A program made the position numbers and the translations under genes. The notes under the pieces are model-generated. The model searched no databases, was not told where the DNA came from, and was given only the letters and a program-made list of their open reading frames with translations. Positions 63,301-64,000 of a DNA stretch of 64,000 bases are shown piece after piece. Origin of the DNA: Eimeria praecox (Eukaryota); the NCBI GenBank assembly GCA_963920595.1, contig OY986947.1, positions 124,001 through 188,000 of the forward strand. The letters run 5' to 3'. Each line of letters opens with the position of its first letter. Position 1 is the stretch's first letter.

Positions 63301-64000
63301 ATTTGCTCAAACAGAACAAACCACGTTAACTGCGCAAAGCAAAGAAGCATGATTAGCTGTGGCCCTACAATGCCAAGGATACCTGCAGTTGCAAGCATGC
63401 TCTCTGTTGAAGGCCCGCAAACATCCCACAATCCCACAGCCTTACGAGACCTAGTTCTGCAGAACATTGCAGAGCTTTCTCCACCAACGCAATCAGAATT
63501 TGGAAATGCTTCCGCAGTTCATTGTATATGAACTGGTAGGCTTCAAGCATCCAACTTGTTGAGCCATATGCTGCCGAAAATCCGAAGCCAAAATTCGACT
63601 TATCAGTGGCGACAAGGCCTTCGGCCCAGGCAGCCAAAAACAGCCATCTGCGTCGAAATGTGGCTTCAAACTCTTGTCTACACACGCGTGAAGTGGCAAG
63701 CACCTCCCAACAGCGCTTTAAGTCGGCGTGAGTGTGCTGTTGCGGACTGCTTTCAAACCATGGCGCTGCCTTCAAACAGGTGCCCAATCCAGGTAATTCA
63801 AGGGCTGCATCTCCACGCACTTGCTTAACACATGGGGCGCATTGTTTAGATATTCCGCAAGCTGGCCTGTTCCTCTTGGCCGTCCTTGAAAGACGCAAGC
63901 CTCACCTTGCGAGAACAGTGCTTTGCTAGGTGCTCGCCATCCAACGAAGTGGTGGCGATCGTAGCCCCATCTAGCAAGCATGACCATGCAAAGATGTTCC

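Larger units (their letters stand above)
53850..64000. repeat. Array E: ~4.2-4.3-kb tandem unit with one diverged copy, one full copy and the start of a near-identical third
   Basis: ~58905-59703 is highly similar to ~63185-64000 (offsets 4280/4289/4297). Weaker colinear anchors at a similar offset extend left: 54384/58710, 54803/59102, acagccatct 55119/59343, 55611/59781, 58657/62945. Confidence 0.75.

Overview
Eukaryotic-looking, gene-poor DNA of roughly 50% GC. I found no intact recognisable gene, RNA gene, CRISPR array or transposon domain. Nearly the whole window is five adjacent tandem arrays: A (1-9.4 kb; 655/331-bp monomers in a 2296-bp higher-order repeat), B (~9.9-17 kb; ~2-kb diverged units with two recent near-identical duplications), C (~19-45.5 kb; ~3.4-4.1-kb units, near-identical in the centre and strongly diverged at both edges, one edge copy interrupted by a 1.15-kb TA/GA/GATATA microsatellite), D (~48.1-52.9 kb; ~1.0-1.3-kb diverged units) and E (~53.9-64 kb; ~4.3-kb units running off the window). 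In each array, diverged copies give alignable peptides on the minus strand that are broken by stops and frameshifts. The arrays therefore look like amplified, decayed copies of unknown protein-coding sequence, all in the same orientation. Several unusually good fold-back structures occur in diverged copies, notably a 95-nt hairpin with a 44-bp stem at 57901-57995. TGCATGCA and isolated CCCTAAA motifs weakly suggest a coccidian apicomplexan (Eimeria-like), which I cannot confirm. Alignments of diverged copies were made by eye and their boundaries are approximate.
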